Source: Negaprion brevirostris (taxonomy: Eukaryota). Taken from it: DNA of 64,000 nucleotides. Shown in pieces: positions 47,618-61,704 of this stretch. The notes under the pieces are model-generated. The model was not told the DNA's origin. It saw nothing but the letters and a program-made list of their open reading frames with translations, and did no database searches. The stretch lies in the NCBI GenBank assembly GCA_030324005.1, contig JARDVH010000084.1:70465676-70529675 (forward strand), in the 5' to 3' direction. The translations under genes and the position numbers were made by a program. Positions within the stretch are counted from its first letter, which is position 1. Each line of letters starts with the position of its first letter.

Positions 47618-50369
47618 AGAGAAATCAAATGAGTGCATGCTGAAGATATGCTTTTGGTAATTTTGTCCATCAGTATTCGGCAGGATCTGCAGAACGTTCA
47701 TGGAGTGCAGCATTTAGCACATTACACAACAGAGGATTGGGGCAGCAGATGGAACAAGGCATTGAGCATACATTATCTGCAGAAAAATCCAAGGTGGAAG
47801 TGAACGAGGAGGATGGGATAAAAGATAGTGACTCCAACACAGCAGCATCTTCTCAAATGCTGCCCTATATATTCGGGGTTATCTTCTAGCTGTAAGGTTC
47901 AGCTAGTCACTATCATTGGACCAATATAGCAATCACATCCAACAGTCAATCATCCACCCCTAACCCATGCCCTCTCCCTTCCCAATCCCACTGATGTGGA
48001 ACCAACTAACGTACCCATCCCTTGGACCCCATTCATTCTCATTCATTCTCATTCATCAATAAGCAACTGAAAAGGCTAACCATCACCCAGCAACCAAGAA
48101 TGAACAAGACGGGAAACTGGTGTAAAGAAATACACCATCTCTCTCATGGGCCAGTCACATTTCACTGCTAACACTCTGTTGAAGAGCAACGTTTGCAGAT
48201 CAGCAATGCATAATAAGTCTAAGGCTGATATGTCTTTCATTCTATTTATGGTCTCTGCCATGGTCATGATCAAAGTCTGCAGGATGTCATTTCATTGCCA
48301 TGATTGATAATCCATGGAGCTGACCACTCAATCCATGGGCGAACATCCTTGTAATGGCCTGTGACATCAATCTGTTCATTCTTGTGGTGTACTCCTCCAT
48401 TTTTTTCTGTAACCCTGGTTAGTGAGACTGCCAGTACCTCATACATTCTCGACTGTTCATGAATAACTATCATTTCAATCAAAGGGTCCCAGCTTGTTCT
48501 TCTAATTCTTTCCCCTGTTGTGACCAGTTTCTGGGCCAATTTGTTATAATTCCAGATGAGATACCCACAAATTGTTATGCTCCCAGGTGAGGAGAGAAGA
48601 ATCAGCTCCTCTTCTCTATTCAACCCCTCTGTTTGTTAGAACAAAATTAATCTGAAAATGATCACTAACCTTATTACATCTTTCCTCAATGTACTTGCAT
48701 TTTAAAAGGAGAGCATTTAATCAGGCTTTTGAGTTAAAGGAAGAGAGATTATTCGTAAAATACAAGAAGATAACAATAAAAATGCAACAGCCATGCACGC
48801 AGATTAGAGATCTGAAGTGAATCTGAAAATAGAAATTAAAATGAAATGCAAATCGGTCTTTTACTTGTCCATGATGAGTAAATGGTGGAATGTTGCAGCT
48901 GTTAATTTGGGTGATTCTGGTAGTTTTGACTTCAGCATTTGGTTTAGAAATTCCTGATTCTGCTAGTTAGCTCAAAGTAGTTGTCCTGTTTCATCTCTAC
49001 TGTCGATTTTCTGATTTGTCTCTTTTAGCAATAAGACAGAGAGAGATGTTAACTGCAAGTGCAAGGATGCCCAGTGGATGTTCTTCAGCTGTGACCTTCA
49101 CAGCACACACTAGTACAGTAAAACAAAAGTACCAGACTAGCGCACACAGACTGGGGTTGCAGTTGCCTTTTACCCCTTTTTCTTGTATATTCCTGGAAGT
49201 GAAAAACACAAACATGTCTTTCACCCACAAACTGCTTTCTTTCATCTCACACCATGTCCATAGCCTGGAATATAACTCAAAGGAGATGGCTTCTGCTGAG
49301 ATGGCAATCAGCCACCATTACTTCCACATCCACAGGAGATTCTAGTTCAGTTTTTTGCATTGCATTTCTTCCTTTCAAGTGCCTCTGTCTGAAAAGAAAG
49401 GNNNNNNNNNNNNNNNNNNNNNNNNNNNNNNNNNNNNNNNNNNNNNNNNNNNNNNNNACCTGTTCCTGTGCTGTACTGTTATTTCCTCTTTATTCTTTGA
49501 CTAGTTGACCAGTGGTAATCCACCTCAGAATTTTCCAGCAAGTGGTTACTTTACAGTTCCAGCTGGTTTTTGCTTGTATGTTCTTTTTTTAAAAAAATCA
49601 CATACCTTTATTTGAAAGTTCAAAGTGCCCATTAGTAACTTTGCGCTTTGACCCATTGTCCTGATGCTACAGTTTTACCTTAAATGCATCTGTGCTCATT
49701 GTCTCGGGTGCTCCTGTGGTTGAATTCTGTACGTTCTGATCATGTTCTGGTCATCATTCTGATCATGAATTCAGAAGTTTCTCCTGAATTCCATATTGGA
49801 TTTTTTAGTGACCACCTTATTTTTTAGCCTCTGGATTCCCAGTCTGTAGAAACATTTTCGCCATGACTGCCCTTTAAAACTGTTTAATTAGCTTTATAAC
49901 AAGCAATGTGTGGCTGCCTTATAGTTCCTATCAAAACACACTGTCTCATTTTTAACTATCAAAGTTCATTTTGTCAATAGTATTTCCATTCTGAAAGTTA
50001 ATTAATATCTACTTGCGTTCTGTTGCATTTGTCCTTTGCATTAACAACACTGCCCAGTTTGTTGTCATCAACAAAGACTTTCATTATAATTCTGACACCC
50101 AGGACCAAATCATTTATNNNNNNNNNNNNNNNNNNNNNNNNNNNNNNNNNNNNNNNNNNNNNNNNNNNNNNNNNNNNNNNNNNNNNNNNNNNNNNNNNNN
50201 NNNNNNNNNNNNNNNNNAAATGTTAGCTTTGCCAACAAAACCCAAACCATGAGAGCTTCTTACTTCAGCCCCTCGTATTTAAAAAAAAATTCTTTATACC
50301 TTTTATGTCGTACTTAAGACTTTTTCCATTTTTAAACCTTGTTAAATAGAGCAGGACCTTGTAAATCAA

Positions 50370-50900
50370 AGCAGGAGAGTAGGGAAACAGAAACATTATG
50401 CTGGATCTTTATAAAGCTCTGAAGCATTGTATCTAATTCTGGTCACCACATTTTAGGAATGATGTGATGTGAGGGTCCTTGAGAAGTGCAGAAAAGATTT
50501 ACGGGTATATTTTCAGGGGTGGGGTTTTTAGCTACAAACTTAGAATGAAGAATTTAGGATTGTTTTCCATGGAGCAAAGGAGATTAGGGGGAGATTGTAC
50601 AGGGGTGTACAAACTTATGACAGGTTTGGATAAGGTAGACAAAGAAAAACTGTTCCCCTTAGTTGATAGTACAAGAGCTAAGGAACACAGATTTAAGTTT
50701 TTGGCAAGAGATGAAGGGAGAAAATGAGGAAGAATATTTTTTATGCAATGATCTGTAATGACTTGGAGCTCATTTCCCATGAGCCAAGTGTAAATAACCG
50801 ATGATTTCTAAAGGAAATGAGATGGAAACTTGAAGAAAATAAACTTACAGGGATATGGGGAAAGGAACTGACTGGATTGCCCTCTGCAATGAAGGTGATC
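50370..50900 (+). mobile_element. CR1-clade LINE 3' fragment
   Basis: LGLFSMEQRRLGGD..VYKLMTGLDKVDKEKLFPL. Confidence 0.75.
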
Positions 50901-52585
50901 TTGACCTTCCATGACATAAAAATGAGTCCACGACTTTGTGATCTCTTGACAATGTTAGTTGTGCATTCTTATCAATGAGCACCAATCAAGAACCTAGCAG
51001 CTTGTGAAGAGATTTGAACCGACAAGGAAGTTTCTGTGTCCAGGCTGACGGCATCTGTGGTAACTTTAGTGTTGGCAGAATCAAAATCTTTTCTGTCAAA
51101 TTAGTTGTTCAGTGCCTTCAACAAAGGTTTTTGTTTCGAAGCGATGCCTCTGTGTTTCAGACGTTAATTCACCATTCCCACTTGGCTTCTTAACCCCAAT
51201 TGGATTTGATACTGCACCATTATCCTTAATTACTTAATTACAATTTGCTTCAAAGTTGTTGTCCCTTTCACGTACAACATTGGTTTCAGTTTTGGTGAGC
51301 TCATTATCTCAACTGAGTGTGAAATTCTTTTGTTTAATCTCTGAAGCTACATTTATGAACATGTGTCACGCTCTTTCTGAATGCTGCTGTTGATGATATC
51401 AATGCAATGAATGATTCCATCAATGCTACAAAGCTCTTGTGTATTGTATTTTGAATTGGTGCTAATAAAATTCCAAAGTGCTTAAAACTGACATNNNNNN
51501 NNNNNNNNNNNNNNNNNNNNNNNNNNNNNNNNNNNNNNNNNNNNNNNNNNNNNNNNNNNNNNNNNNNNNNNNNNNNNNNNNNNNNNNNNNNNNNNNNNNN
51601 NNNNNNNNNNNNNNNNNNNNNNNNNNNNNNNNNNNNNNNNNNNNNNNNNNNNNNNNNNNNNNNNNNNNNNNNNNNNNNNNNNNNNNNNNNNNNNNNNNNN
51701 NNNNNNNNNNNNNNNNNNNNNNNNNNNNNNNNNNNNNNNNNNNNNNNNNNNNNNNNNNNNNNNNNNNNNNNNNNNNNNNNNNNNNNNNNNNNNNNNNNNN
51801 NNNNNNNNNNNNNNNNNNNNNNNNNNNNNNNNNNNNNNNNNNNNNNNNNNNNNNNNNNNNNNNNNNNNNNNNNNNNNNNNNNNNNNNNNNNNNNNNNNNN
51901 NNNNNNNNNNNNNNNNNNNNNNNNNNNNNNNNNNNNNNNNNNNNNNNNNNNNNNNNNNNNNNNNNNNNNNNNNNNNNNNNNNNNNNNNNNNNNNNNNNNN
52001 NNNNNNNNNNNNNNNNNNNNNNNNAATGGTGGAGCAGACTCGATGCACCAAATCCTCTAATTCTGTCCCTATACCTTATCGTCTTATAACATCAGCTGTA
52101 AGGAAAATTAGTCGTTCTCTAAGACTAGCAGTTTTGGGATTTTCAGGTTAGGCTTTGGGGATGTGGTGGTCAGTAATATCAATGCTATCTTCTTCATCAT
52201 TCACAGTGTGCCCTATTGGTCATTTTTCAGTTCTGACTTAAGGAAGTGGAATCAAACTCTCTTCAGGAGCAGTACATCTGCCTCTGCAGTTACACGACTA
52301 CCCCTTAAACTTATAAGGCATCTTCAGTGTCGGAAAATGTCCAGAGGCACTTCACTGAAACACTAAGAAAAAATATGGCACCAAGCTACACAAGATTTTA
52401 AGTCAGGTGACTAAAAGCTTGATCAATGAGGTAGGTTTTAAGGAGGGTCTTGAAAGGAGAAAAAATTAGATAAAGAGATGGAGAGGGGTAGGGCTGGTAC
52501 TCCAGAGTTTCGTGTCCAGGCAACCGAATGTGATGGAGCAATTAAAATGAGTTGGATAAGAGGTCATAATAGGGTGAAACTTGGA

Positions 52586-52873
52586 GTTTATTTATTAGTT
52601 TCATAAGTAGGCTCAGGCGGCAACAAAGTTACTTTGAAAATCCCCCAGTTGCCGCATTCTGGTGCCTGTTCGGGTACACTGAGGGAGAATTTAGCATGGC
52701 CAATGCACCTAACCGGCATGTTTTTCAGACTGCAGGAGTAAACTGGAGCACCCAGAGGAAACCCACACAGACTCAGGGAGAAAGTGCAGACTCCATACGG
52801 ACGGTCACCCAAGCTGGGAATTGAACCCAGGTCCCTTGCACTGTGAGGCAGCAGTGCTAACCCCTGTGTCACT
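52586..52873 (-). mobile_element. HE1-like V-SINE, alternative tail, nested in L2
   Basis: Reverse copy with head at ~52870. Confidence 0.8.
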
Positions 52874-53335
52874 GTTGGGTAGGAGGAGATTGCAGATATA
52901 GAGTGGGGGTAAGGCCATGGAGGGGTCCGTAAACAAGGATGAGAATTTTAAAATCAAGCCTTTGCTTGTCCAGGAGTCAAAGTAGATCAGCAAGTACAGA
53001 AGTGACAGGAGAACAGGGATAGTTGCAAGTTAAGATGGTGGTAAAGTAAGAGAGTTTTAAATGACCTCAAATTTTCAGAGGATTGAATACATCAGACTGG
53101 TCAGGAATGCTTGGAATAGTCAAGACTGCTATAAATTTTATACCTCAGATCTATGCAAAGATGGTATGTGTGTAACAGGTTTAATTCAGCGTTTTAAAAT
53201 TTCTACTCTATGTTTTGGCTCTTTCTAAAGCTTGCTACTTTTTTCCAAGTCCACACCTGGGATTAACCAACCAAGCACAGTGAGCATCAAAGTAAACAGA
53301 CCCTCATAATGGAAAACAGAATAATTGAATGCTAC

Positions 53336-53471
53336 GGCCAGAATGTTACAGCCATTCACACCGGCGGGATTTTCCCATCCTGCTGTCATGAACGGAGATT
53401 TGGCTTGGCACCAAATTCTCCGACCTCGCTGCAGTGGGAGCGTGAAGTGAATGACCAGTTAGATTCGCCCT
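53336..53471. mobile_element. Small MITE
   Basis: GGCCAGAAT...AGATTCGCCC termini; interior GGCGGGATTTTCCC. Confidence 0.45.
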
Positions 53472-55064
53472 ACATCTTTTCCCCCTTATAGAACTTAAGA
53501 CTTTTAAATTAAACCATCTGTACCAATAAATAAATGTATATCAACCACTTACTTAGAGTTCAGCGTATTTGTTTTAAGTTCACAAATTGCCTTCAAGATA
53601 AGAAGGGCTCTGAAGACTAACTGAGTGCTATGGATTTGAGATTATAATTGTGTGTGATCAACTCAACAAAGCAGTTGATCAGCATCACAGTCATTCATCA
53701 GTAAAGGAAAAGTATTCTCACAATCACTGCCCTTGAAACATCCCAGTCTGTTTACTGTCAAGTATCTCATGTTCCACTTAGTGTTGTCATCCAACAGATA
53801 AGCATTGGTAGTGAGCACCCACTAGATCTGCTTTGGATGACAGTGGAGAGGCGTTGGAGGAGGATAGTGTTGTTACCTGTGCCAAAAGCTGCAGACACAT
53901 CAAGAAGGATGAGGAGAGAACGTTTACCTTTTCCCACAGTCACACAGTGTACTGTTTGTGACTTTGATATGAGCTGTTTTGGTATTGTGGTCGGAGGAGA
54001 TACCTATTTGGAGGGAATTAAACATGGAGTTTCGAGAAATATAGGAATGGATTTGGGAGCCTGCAACATATTCAAGGACTTTGGAGAAGGAAGGTAGTTT
54101 GGGATGGTAGCTTGCAAGGACAATGGTGTCGAAGGCAGAGGGATGGTTATGGCAGATTCAAAGGAGAGAGGAACAAAAGCTAAAAGAAGAGAGGTGTTTA
54201 CAATATTGGGGACAAGGAGGGGAAGCTAGGTAGCTAGTGTGTAGTTTGATTTAGATATCATGAATCCTGCTTCTGCTGCTGGGAAGATCTGTCTATTCTT
54301 CATTATTGAAACATACAACAGCAGCGGAAGTGTTACGAGCTGGTTAACAAATTGACTTAGTCCTGCAGCAAACTCTGTCTAAAAAGCTTCAGATTAAACA
54401 ATTTTCTTTCTATCATTGTATTCACTTTGCTTATTTTTAATTGTCGTTCTATTCTCCTCTTAATTTGAACTGTGGCTGATGCGTTGATTGTGTCATGGGC
54501 ACTTCTTCATGCTTTTGAAATTCTTCGGCTGTCACCTGAACCCGAGTCCTGAATTTCTCTATTTCAGAAGTTTTCTCCTTGCACATCCTATGTTTGCTTC
54601 AAACAATTAATTTTAATAACTTTGCAGCTAATTCTACTTTGCCTTCTTCATCTTGATCTCTCTTCAGTTCCACTTGCCAAAAACAAAGGAGCAATACACT
54701 TGCAGGATTGTCCCAGTCATATTTCCTTGACTGACACACTCATTGTTTGAGTACCTTGTACTTATGATAGGGAATATAAAGGGCAACAAAGAACTGGAAG
54801 CTTATCCCTGGGAGCGATGAAACCACAGGATGAGTGAGAAGGATTGACTTTAGTCCGATGTGTGGTACTTATGTTTGGAGCATACTTGAGTTAACAGGGA
54901 TGTGTGTAAATTGGCAAAGGTTTCATGAGCAGCGAAGGTAGGCCGGTGAGAAGCTTAATCCACGAATGAATAACAAACAGATGCCAAATAACTATCAGAT
55001 TTTCAGAGAAAATACAATTTACAAGTCCACTTGCCACAATCAACAGTTTGAAATAAGGCTGTTT

Positions 55065-55620
55065 CACAGAATTGTTACAGTGCAAGAACAAACCATTTGG
55101 CTCTTTGTCTGCACCAGTTGTCTGAATGAACGCTTCACCTCGTGCCATTTTCCTGTCTTTCCCCCCCCAAAACCCTCTCTCCAGTTAACAGCTGAAGTGC
55201 CTTTTCAGTGTCTCAGTTAAATGAAGCTTTTACCTCATTCCCAGGTAGTGCATTCCAAACCTTAGCNNNNNNNNNNTTGTTATGCAAAATGTTTCTTTCA
55301 CGCATTGCTTTTGCTTCTTTTGCCAATTACCTTAAATCCATGCCCTCTTATTCCCCAATTTTTTGCAAATGGGAACAGTTTCTCCCTACCACTTCTGTCC
55401 AGACCCCATGATTCATGATTGTAAATACCTTGATCAAATCTCCTCTCAGCCTCCTTTTCTGAGAGGAAAACAGCCGTAATTTTTCCAACCTGAAATCCCT
55501 CATCCCTGGAACCATTCTGGTGAATTTGTTCTGCACTGTCTCCAATGGCTTCTCATCCTTCCTAAGGTGCCCAAAACTTAATGCAATACTCCACTGAGAT
55601 CAAATTAGAACCTTACATAA
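55065..55620 (-). mobile_element. CR1-clade LINE 3' fragment
   Basis: ETVQNKFTRMVPGMRDF.LEKLRLFS.QKRRLRGDLIKVF. Confidence 0.8.
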
Positions 55621-56104
55621 GCATGAATTATTCATATTTAGCTCAAAGTTTAGCAGAATTTAATAATCTCCTTATAGATAAGGATGTTGAAGAGGAAAAC
55701 AATGAAGTGAAGATTAGAAAAAAAATCATCAGGGAGATGCTTTGAAATATTTGCAAAGTCATTTTGTTACATAAGTAAATGTCCAGAATTTCACTATGTT
55801 TTGAAAAAATGATCTTTTGAAAATTACTTAATTCCCTAGAATAACATGCATAATTTTCTGTGATTTGTTATGGAAGTTGGAGAGCACATTTTTCTCTTGA
55901 ATGTAATCTTTGCCGTGAATCCACTCATAATAAATATATCACTGTCAGCATCATAGATAATTTTAGACAACAAAGTTGAATTATAGTCTATGAAAGTGTT
56001 AAGCTATCAGTTGAAGCTTTTCGTAACTTGTGTTTGAGGATAATTGAGTGAATCAAGTTTAGGACATTGCTTGAATGTAAGATAACTCAACAATAAAATC
56101 AGAG

Positions 56105-56850
56105 AATGTTCACAGCACAGAAAGGCTATTTGGCCCATCTATATTGGCTCTCTGAAGGAGCAGTTCACCTAGTATCACTCTGCTGCATTTTTTTTTCCTT
56201 TTGAGATAATATAATTCCCTTTTGAATGCCTCAATTGACTCTGTCTCCAACACGTTGTCAGGCAGAGCATTGCAGATCCTAACCATGAGCCACATGAAAA
56301 GTTTTTTTCCTTGTGTTGTCGTTGCATCTTTTACCAAATGCCTTCAATCTGTGCCCCTTAGTTCTTGATCATTCCATCGATGGGAACACTATCTTCCTAG
56401 CTCTCTGCCCAAAACCTTTGATTACCGCAATCAAATTTCCTCCCAGTCTTCTCTTCTCCCAACTTTGCCAATCACATTATGTAACTAGAGTTTCTCATTC
56501 CTCAAATTATTCCTGTGAATCTTACCTACATCCTTTCGAATGATTTCACATCCTTCCTAAAGCATGGTGTCCAGAATTGGGTGCAATACGTGTTGAGGTG
56601 TAATGTAACTTCCTTGATTTTGTATTCTTTGCCTTTATTGAGAAAGCCCAAGGTGCAGTGTGTTCTATTAGATACTTCCAAAACCTGTCCTGCCATCTTC
56701 AATGAGTTATATGCATATACACCCAGATCCTACACCCCGTCTACAATTGTACCCTTTATTTTGAATTGTACATTCAGGTCTAGGCAATTAAAAAACAATC
56801 ATACAGAACAGGGATCCTGAGGAACCCTGCTATAATCCTTCCTCCAGCCC
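56105..56850 (-). mobile_element. CR1-clade LINE 3' fragment
   Basis: VRICNALPDNVLETESIEAFKREL; GGATCCTGAGGAACCC (minus-strand PQGS-like motif) near 56815. Confidence 0.7.
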
Positions 56851-58227
56851 CAGAAACCAAGAATGTTTCTTTTTATTGAGGTCCAAAGATTTCTTGGGTA
56901 ACCTTCCTGCTGTCCTCCCAACTGTCCCCAACTTCTCTGCAATTTTACGTGAGCAGGTGAGGCCTAGAGCGATCTTCACCTTTCATCCCAAATGGAGGGT
57001 CTCCATAGCATTTCTATCAAGATCTTATTCCCTTCTTCTCTCGTCCTTTGGATTTACAGCTGCTCCCTGCAATGTGACCTCCCATCCACCCCCCACCACC
57101 CTGGACTCCGAGACTTTAGAACCTGGAAACTGCTTGTAATCCCAAGCTTGGCCATTGCTGCCATCTGGTTCTGCCAGACAGTCAGATTGCCCAGCAGTTT
57201 CTTGAGATGGCACTTCCATGTAAGTGGGGGACAGATCCTATTCCATCCAGTTCATGTAGCTTGGAGTGTTAAATGGCTGTGAGACTGCTCTGACTGGGGA
57301 GGATGCATTCTCATTTGGAAAGCCCACCATCCAAAAGAATCATGTTCATGTCCTCACCATCCTTTTGCTATATGACTCTAACTTTGCTCACAAGTCAATT
57401 GTATGGACTTCATCAAATATCTTTTGAAGGTTCATGTACCATACCAACTATCCCTGTTGCTTCTTCCAAAGGCCCAAGCAAGTTAGTTAAACACAGTGCT
57501 CCCATAATAATTCCATGCTGGCTTTCCTAATTTACCTGCATTTACCCAAATGATTATTAATTTTGTTTCAAATTATCATATGTGGAAGCTTCCCCAAGAC
57601 TAAGATTAAATTGACCAGCCTGTAGTTGTTGAGCTGATCTTTATGCCCTTTTTTAAATCGGGGTATAACATTTCCAATAATCCAAGCTTTACTTTATCCT
57701 AAAATGAAATGGATTATTTGACAAGCAAGCATTTGGTTAGCAAAACGCCTTTTCTTAGTGGTGCTAGAGGANNNNNNACTGAAATCGCTCTGCTGGAACA
57801 CATGTAGCTGGCCACCTCCTCTCCACAGCTTTGTGACACTCAGTCTGGCAAGGAGACCACAGTGCGTAGGGTTAACATCAGAAGCTTAAATGATGTTGAT
57901 GTAGTAAAGGTGTCAGACCAGACTGAGAAATGAGAGAGATTGGGAAGGAGGAGAAGTTCCAACCTTATGTAAAGGTCCCAATGCATCAATACTTGCTGGA
58001 CATAAGGATTCTTTGCTTTAAGAAACGACAGACTTGAGCAGAATACTTTGGGAGAAGTGATAATCTCCAAAAGCCCCTGTCTAGCTCCCAAACATACAAC
58101 AAAATACAGAGTGGAGCAGGTATCCCTGGAGTGCATGCAAAGGCCATGATGCATGCTATCCTGATGGCACACTGTTTCACTGGCTGGTGAGATGCGAGGA
58201 TACCAAATACCATGCAGCTCCATGCAA

Positions 58228-58590
58228 TCATTTTTCTTTCGTTCATGGGATGTGGTCATTGCTGGCTGAGCTGGCATATTTTACCCATTTCTAGTTGGCC
58301 TTGAGGGGACAGTTGAAAGTTAACCACTTTGCTGTGGATCTGGAGTCACATGTAGGCCAGACCAGGTTAGGATGGCAGATTTCCTTCCCTAAAGAACATT
58401 AGTGAACCAGATGGATTTTTACAACAATTGAGAATGGTTTCACGGTTATTATTTGACTTTTAATTCCAGATGTTTATGGAATTTCACCATCCACAGTGGC
58501 AGGATTTGAACCTGAGTTTCCAGGGCATTACCCTGGGTGTCTGGATTAGTATTCTGGTGATAATACCTCTACAGCTTCACCTCCCCCCAC
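58228..58590 (-). mobile_element. SINE family B
   Basis: Reverse copy of the 42063 family. Confidence 0.8.
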
Positions 58591-58819
58591 TAGTGATTTG
58601 TCAATCATTAATCAATCAGCAAATATTGAGTTGTACAATGAGCCCTGCATTCTCACTCCTCAAAGGACTAGACATCCAAATTTCTGGCAGCATAATTTTT
58701 AAGAACTTCTGCTAATGTGAAATGTCTACATGTAGAATGGAGTCTTTTCTGGCATGGTCCAGTCAGTTCCTGGATTTGCCAGAGATTTGCAGCTTCAAAG
58801 GAATGGCAGAAAAGTGGGT

Positions 58820-58933
58820 GATCAGGTGAGTGCTCTGAAAGCTCATGATTCCAAATAAACTTGTTGGACTTTAACCTACGATGTGAGACTTCTGACTGTG
58901 CCCACCCCAGTCCAATGCTGGCATCGCACATCA
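58820..58933 (+). mobile_element. Penelope pseudo-LTR terminal fragment
   Basis: GAAAGCTCATGATTCCAAATAAACTTGTTGGACTTTAACC...CCCCAGTCCAATGCTGGCATCGCACATCA; reverse of 10301-10400. Confidence 0.7.
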
Positions 58934-59499
58934 CAGTTATAGAACAGCAGTGATAATGCTTCTGGATCCGCATACGGACAGAGAGATGGAGCAGAAGCTG
59001 TGAGAGAGAGCAAGGTCAGTAAGATGCCCTCTGCCTTCTTGGAGTCGATTTCTCTCTTCTCCTTAACAGTGAAAGGACATTGTATGGAAGGTCCTCCAAT
59101 GCATCCAACGTCTTGGAGGACAACCGGAAACCTTAGTAACTCAGTAAGTAGCCAACACCTTACGGCAGTAGAAGAAGGAAATACCATGAACAAGTACAAC
59201 ATATTTTAGAGTTGGACAATGAATGCTGCTGTCTCCAGTGAATCCACATTCCTTGAATGAATAAAAACAGATCTCTATGATATTATTCGCACATTGAATT
59301 TACTTTCCATCTTCTGGAAACTTTGAAAGTTTTTAGGTAAGATGCTTGTGCCACTGAGTATTAGTGAAATGACGCCGCTATCAAGAAAAGAAGCAGCATG
59401 ACAATATAAATCCAATAGGAGTAAGTTTTATCCCATAGAAAAATTATTCATTTAGTGATGTAGAGCAAGCCAGGAAAGAGGCAAAAGAAATCTCAAAAT

Positions 59500-60040
59500 G
59501 CTGGCCAATTTAACACCAATAATGTCTAGTTCCTTGATGAAAAGAGCTCAACAAAGCAAATGGGATGCAATGCTATTTGGCTGAATCAATAGAGTATAAT
59601 ACTAAGAGTGTCATGCTGAAACTGTGTAGTGCTCAGACAGCAATTTGAATATTGAATCAGCTCTGGTCAATGAAGGATTTAGAGTAGAGAAAAGCTACAA
59701 GGCATCCCTGGTGTCAGATCGCTGAGCGAGGAAGAAAGGATAGAAGATTTAGTCCTCAACTTAGAAGGGGATGATTGACAGGGGATCTTACAGGAAATAT
59801 ATAAGACACAAAGTAGAAAGAACACATTCACCCTGAGTGCTGTTTCAAGTTTAAGACAAGAGGACAGAGCTATGATCTGATAGATGTTTAAGACTTGAGT
59901 CGGGAAGCAACTTCTCACAGAATGATTAGTGGCAAGAAAAGTCTTCTGAGCAGGATCGTCAAGCTAAACATTTTAGAAACATTTAAAATACAATTAGTTT
60001 CTGTGACAGGATCATTGATTATTTTGGTTGAATGAGTTAT
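59500..60040 (+). mobile_element. Old CR1-like LINE fragment
   Basis: Decayed AAAGCAAATGGGATGC...TGACAGGGGATCTTACAGGAAATATATAAG...CTTCTCACAGA 3' ORF2-type sequence. Confidence 0.45.
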
Positions 60041-60689
60041 TTGGATGGAAATGTTTCCTTTATCTGCATTTTTTAACTTTCTTTTAATTTGATTTATTTT
60101 TAATGATGCAATGAATGAGGGCACTTTATTCACCATTTAATTATCAGAATTGCACAAATGTGGCAACATTTGTCAGTACATCATTTAGTTAACAATCTAA
60201 TCAGCAAACTTTCCTTTCGGTAGAATTGTCTCTACCAACAGCCACAACCTGAATTGCAAAGCAAAAATACTCTGACTGATTTCATCATTCCAAGTAAGCT
60301 TGTTCAGAATTAAATTTTCGTTAATGAAAATATTTCAGTATTAGAGTCATGAGTTCATGTATATGCTGATGTCCACATTAGGTTCAGGTATATTATACAT
60401 CAGCAATCCTGTTCTCAAAATACCCAACTTTGACCCCCTTGCTTATCTGCAACCTCCCTTTCTTTTCCAAGCCCTGGAACATGCAACCACACCAAAAGCC
60501 ATATTGCCTTTCTTTCAACTATATATTTGAATCTCTTAAATTAGTTTCTCCTCTCTGCCAGAGCACTGAAACGATCCCAATCAAAATAATATGATATTTG
60601 ATATGAAAGTATCCATAGTGCGCCATTCCTCCTCACCCTTCTTGAGCTGTCTGAATCCTTTGACCTTGTTGATTATTCCATTGCTAATA

Positions 60690-61690
60690 ACTGCTAAATA
60701 ATGTCTTGTTCTTATGCTCCCTCACCAATAGCTGCAAAGCTTCCCTAAGGATCAATCCTTGGCCCCCTCATAATTCTCATCTGTATGCTTCCCCTCAGCA
60801 ATATCACCCACAATCACAATTTCAGATTATGTATGTACACTGATCTACCTTATTACCATCTGTCTCGCTGATCAGAAACTTCCTCCAAGTAATCATTGGG
60901 AAGACTGATCCCATTACAAGGAAAGGGCAGGAAAGAAGATATGAGGAATGCTGGATCAGCCATGCTCCTATTTATTGGCAGAGCAGGTTTGAGGGGCCAA
61001 AAGGCCTACTCCAGTTCCTATTTCTTATGGTCATTGCCTTCCACCTTCGTCACAAAGTCTGTTCCCTGGTCACTGATTCCATCTTCATCCAAGGCCATCA
61101 GTAAAACTACTTTCTTCTACCCAGATAATATCATCCTGGGACATCATTGTCTCAAATAGTCTGCTGCAGAATCCCTCATTCATTCATTTTGTTGTCTCCT
61201 GACTCAACTATCCAAATAGTTTCCTGGTTGGATTACAGTCATTTGTCAGTGATAAATCTGAGCTCATCCAAAATTCTACTTCCTGTTTCATCACTCGTAC
61301 CAAGCCCCTTTCAATCATCAACGCTGTGCTTGCTGTCCTCGATTAGTTCCCTCAGAGTTAAAATTCTCATCCTTGTTTCCAAATCCCTCCATTGTCTTGC
61401 CCCTCTCGAGCTTTGTGACCTCCTCCAGCACACCAAAGTCCAAAGTGTCTGCAATCCTCCAATTTTAGCCTCTGTTTATTCCAGTTGGTTCCATCCTTCC
61501 ATTAGTGATCAGCTGTTGTGATCCAAAGCTCTGGAATTCCTTCCCTGAACTTCTGCTTCTCCCCCCCTCCTGTCCATAGTTCTCACTTTTTTGATTAAGG
61601 TTTCAGCTACCCTTTCAACTGTCTTCTTTGGCTCAATGTTAATACTTTTTGTCACCTTAGGCTTTTGTGAAGTTCCTTGGAATGTTACAT
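60690..61690 (+). mobile_element. L2-clade LINE RT and 3' fragment, with a short CR1 tail inserted at ~60915-61030
   Basis: GGATCAATCCTTGGCCCCCTC (GSILGPL), CMLPL and ATGTACACTGAT (YADD-like); 3' part KILILVSKSLHCLAP and AAGCTCTGGAATTCC. Confidence 0.7.
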
Positions 61691-61704
61691 TTGTTAATGT
61701 CAGG

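Larger units (their letters stand above)
52320..54230 (-). mobile_element. Fragmented L2-clade LINE (pieces ~52320-52585, 52875-53125 and 53835-54230)
   Basis: L2-type 3' sequence as at 21280; the LILKFSSLFTD region; further LINE sequence at 53835-54230. Confidence 0.55.

Noticed and set aside
48573-49680. Possible long solo LTR (similar candidates at 21850-22850, 33232-33379 and 42986-43258)
   Set aside because: LTR-like texture, but termini and TSDs were not convincing.
56860-59200. Possible L1/Tx1-like or Harbinger transposase fragments between the annotated repeats
   Set aside because: I could not read a diagnostic motif, so it is left unassigned.
59185-59209. MNKYNI peptide resembling the upstream ASTN1 exon (MNKYKDNI)
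   Set aside because: Wrong position (downstream), no flanking similarity and an immediate stop codon.
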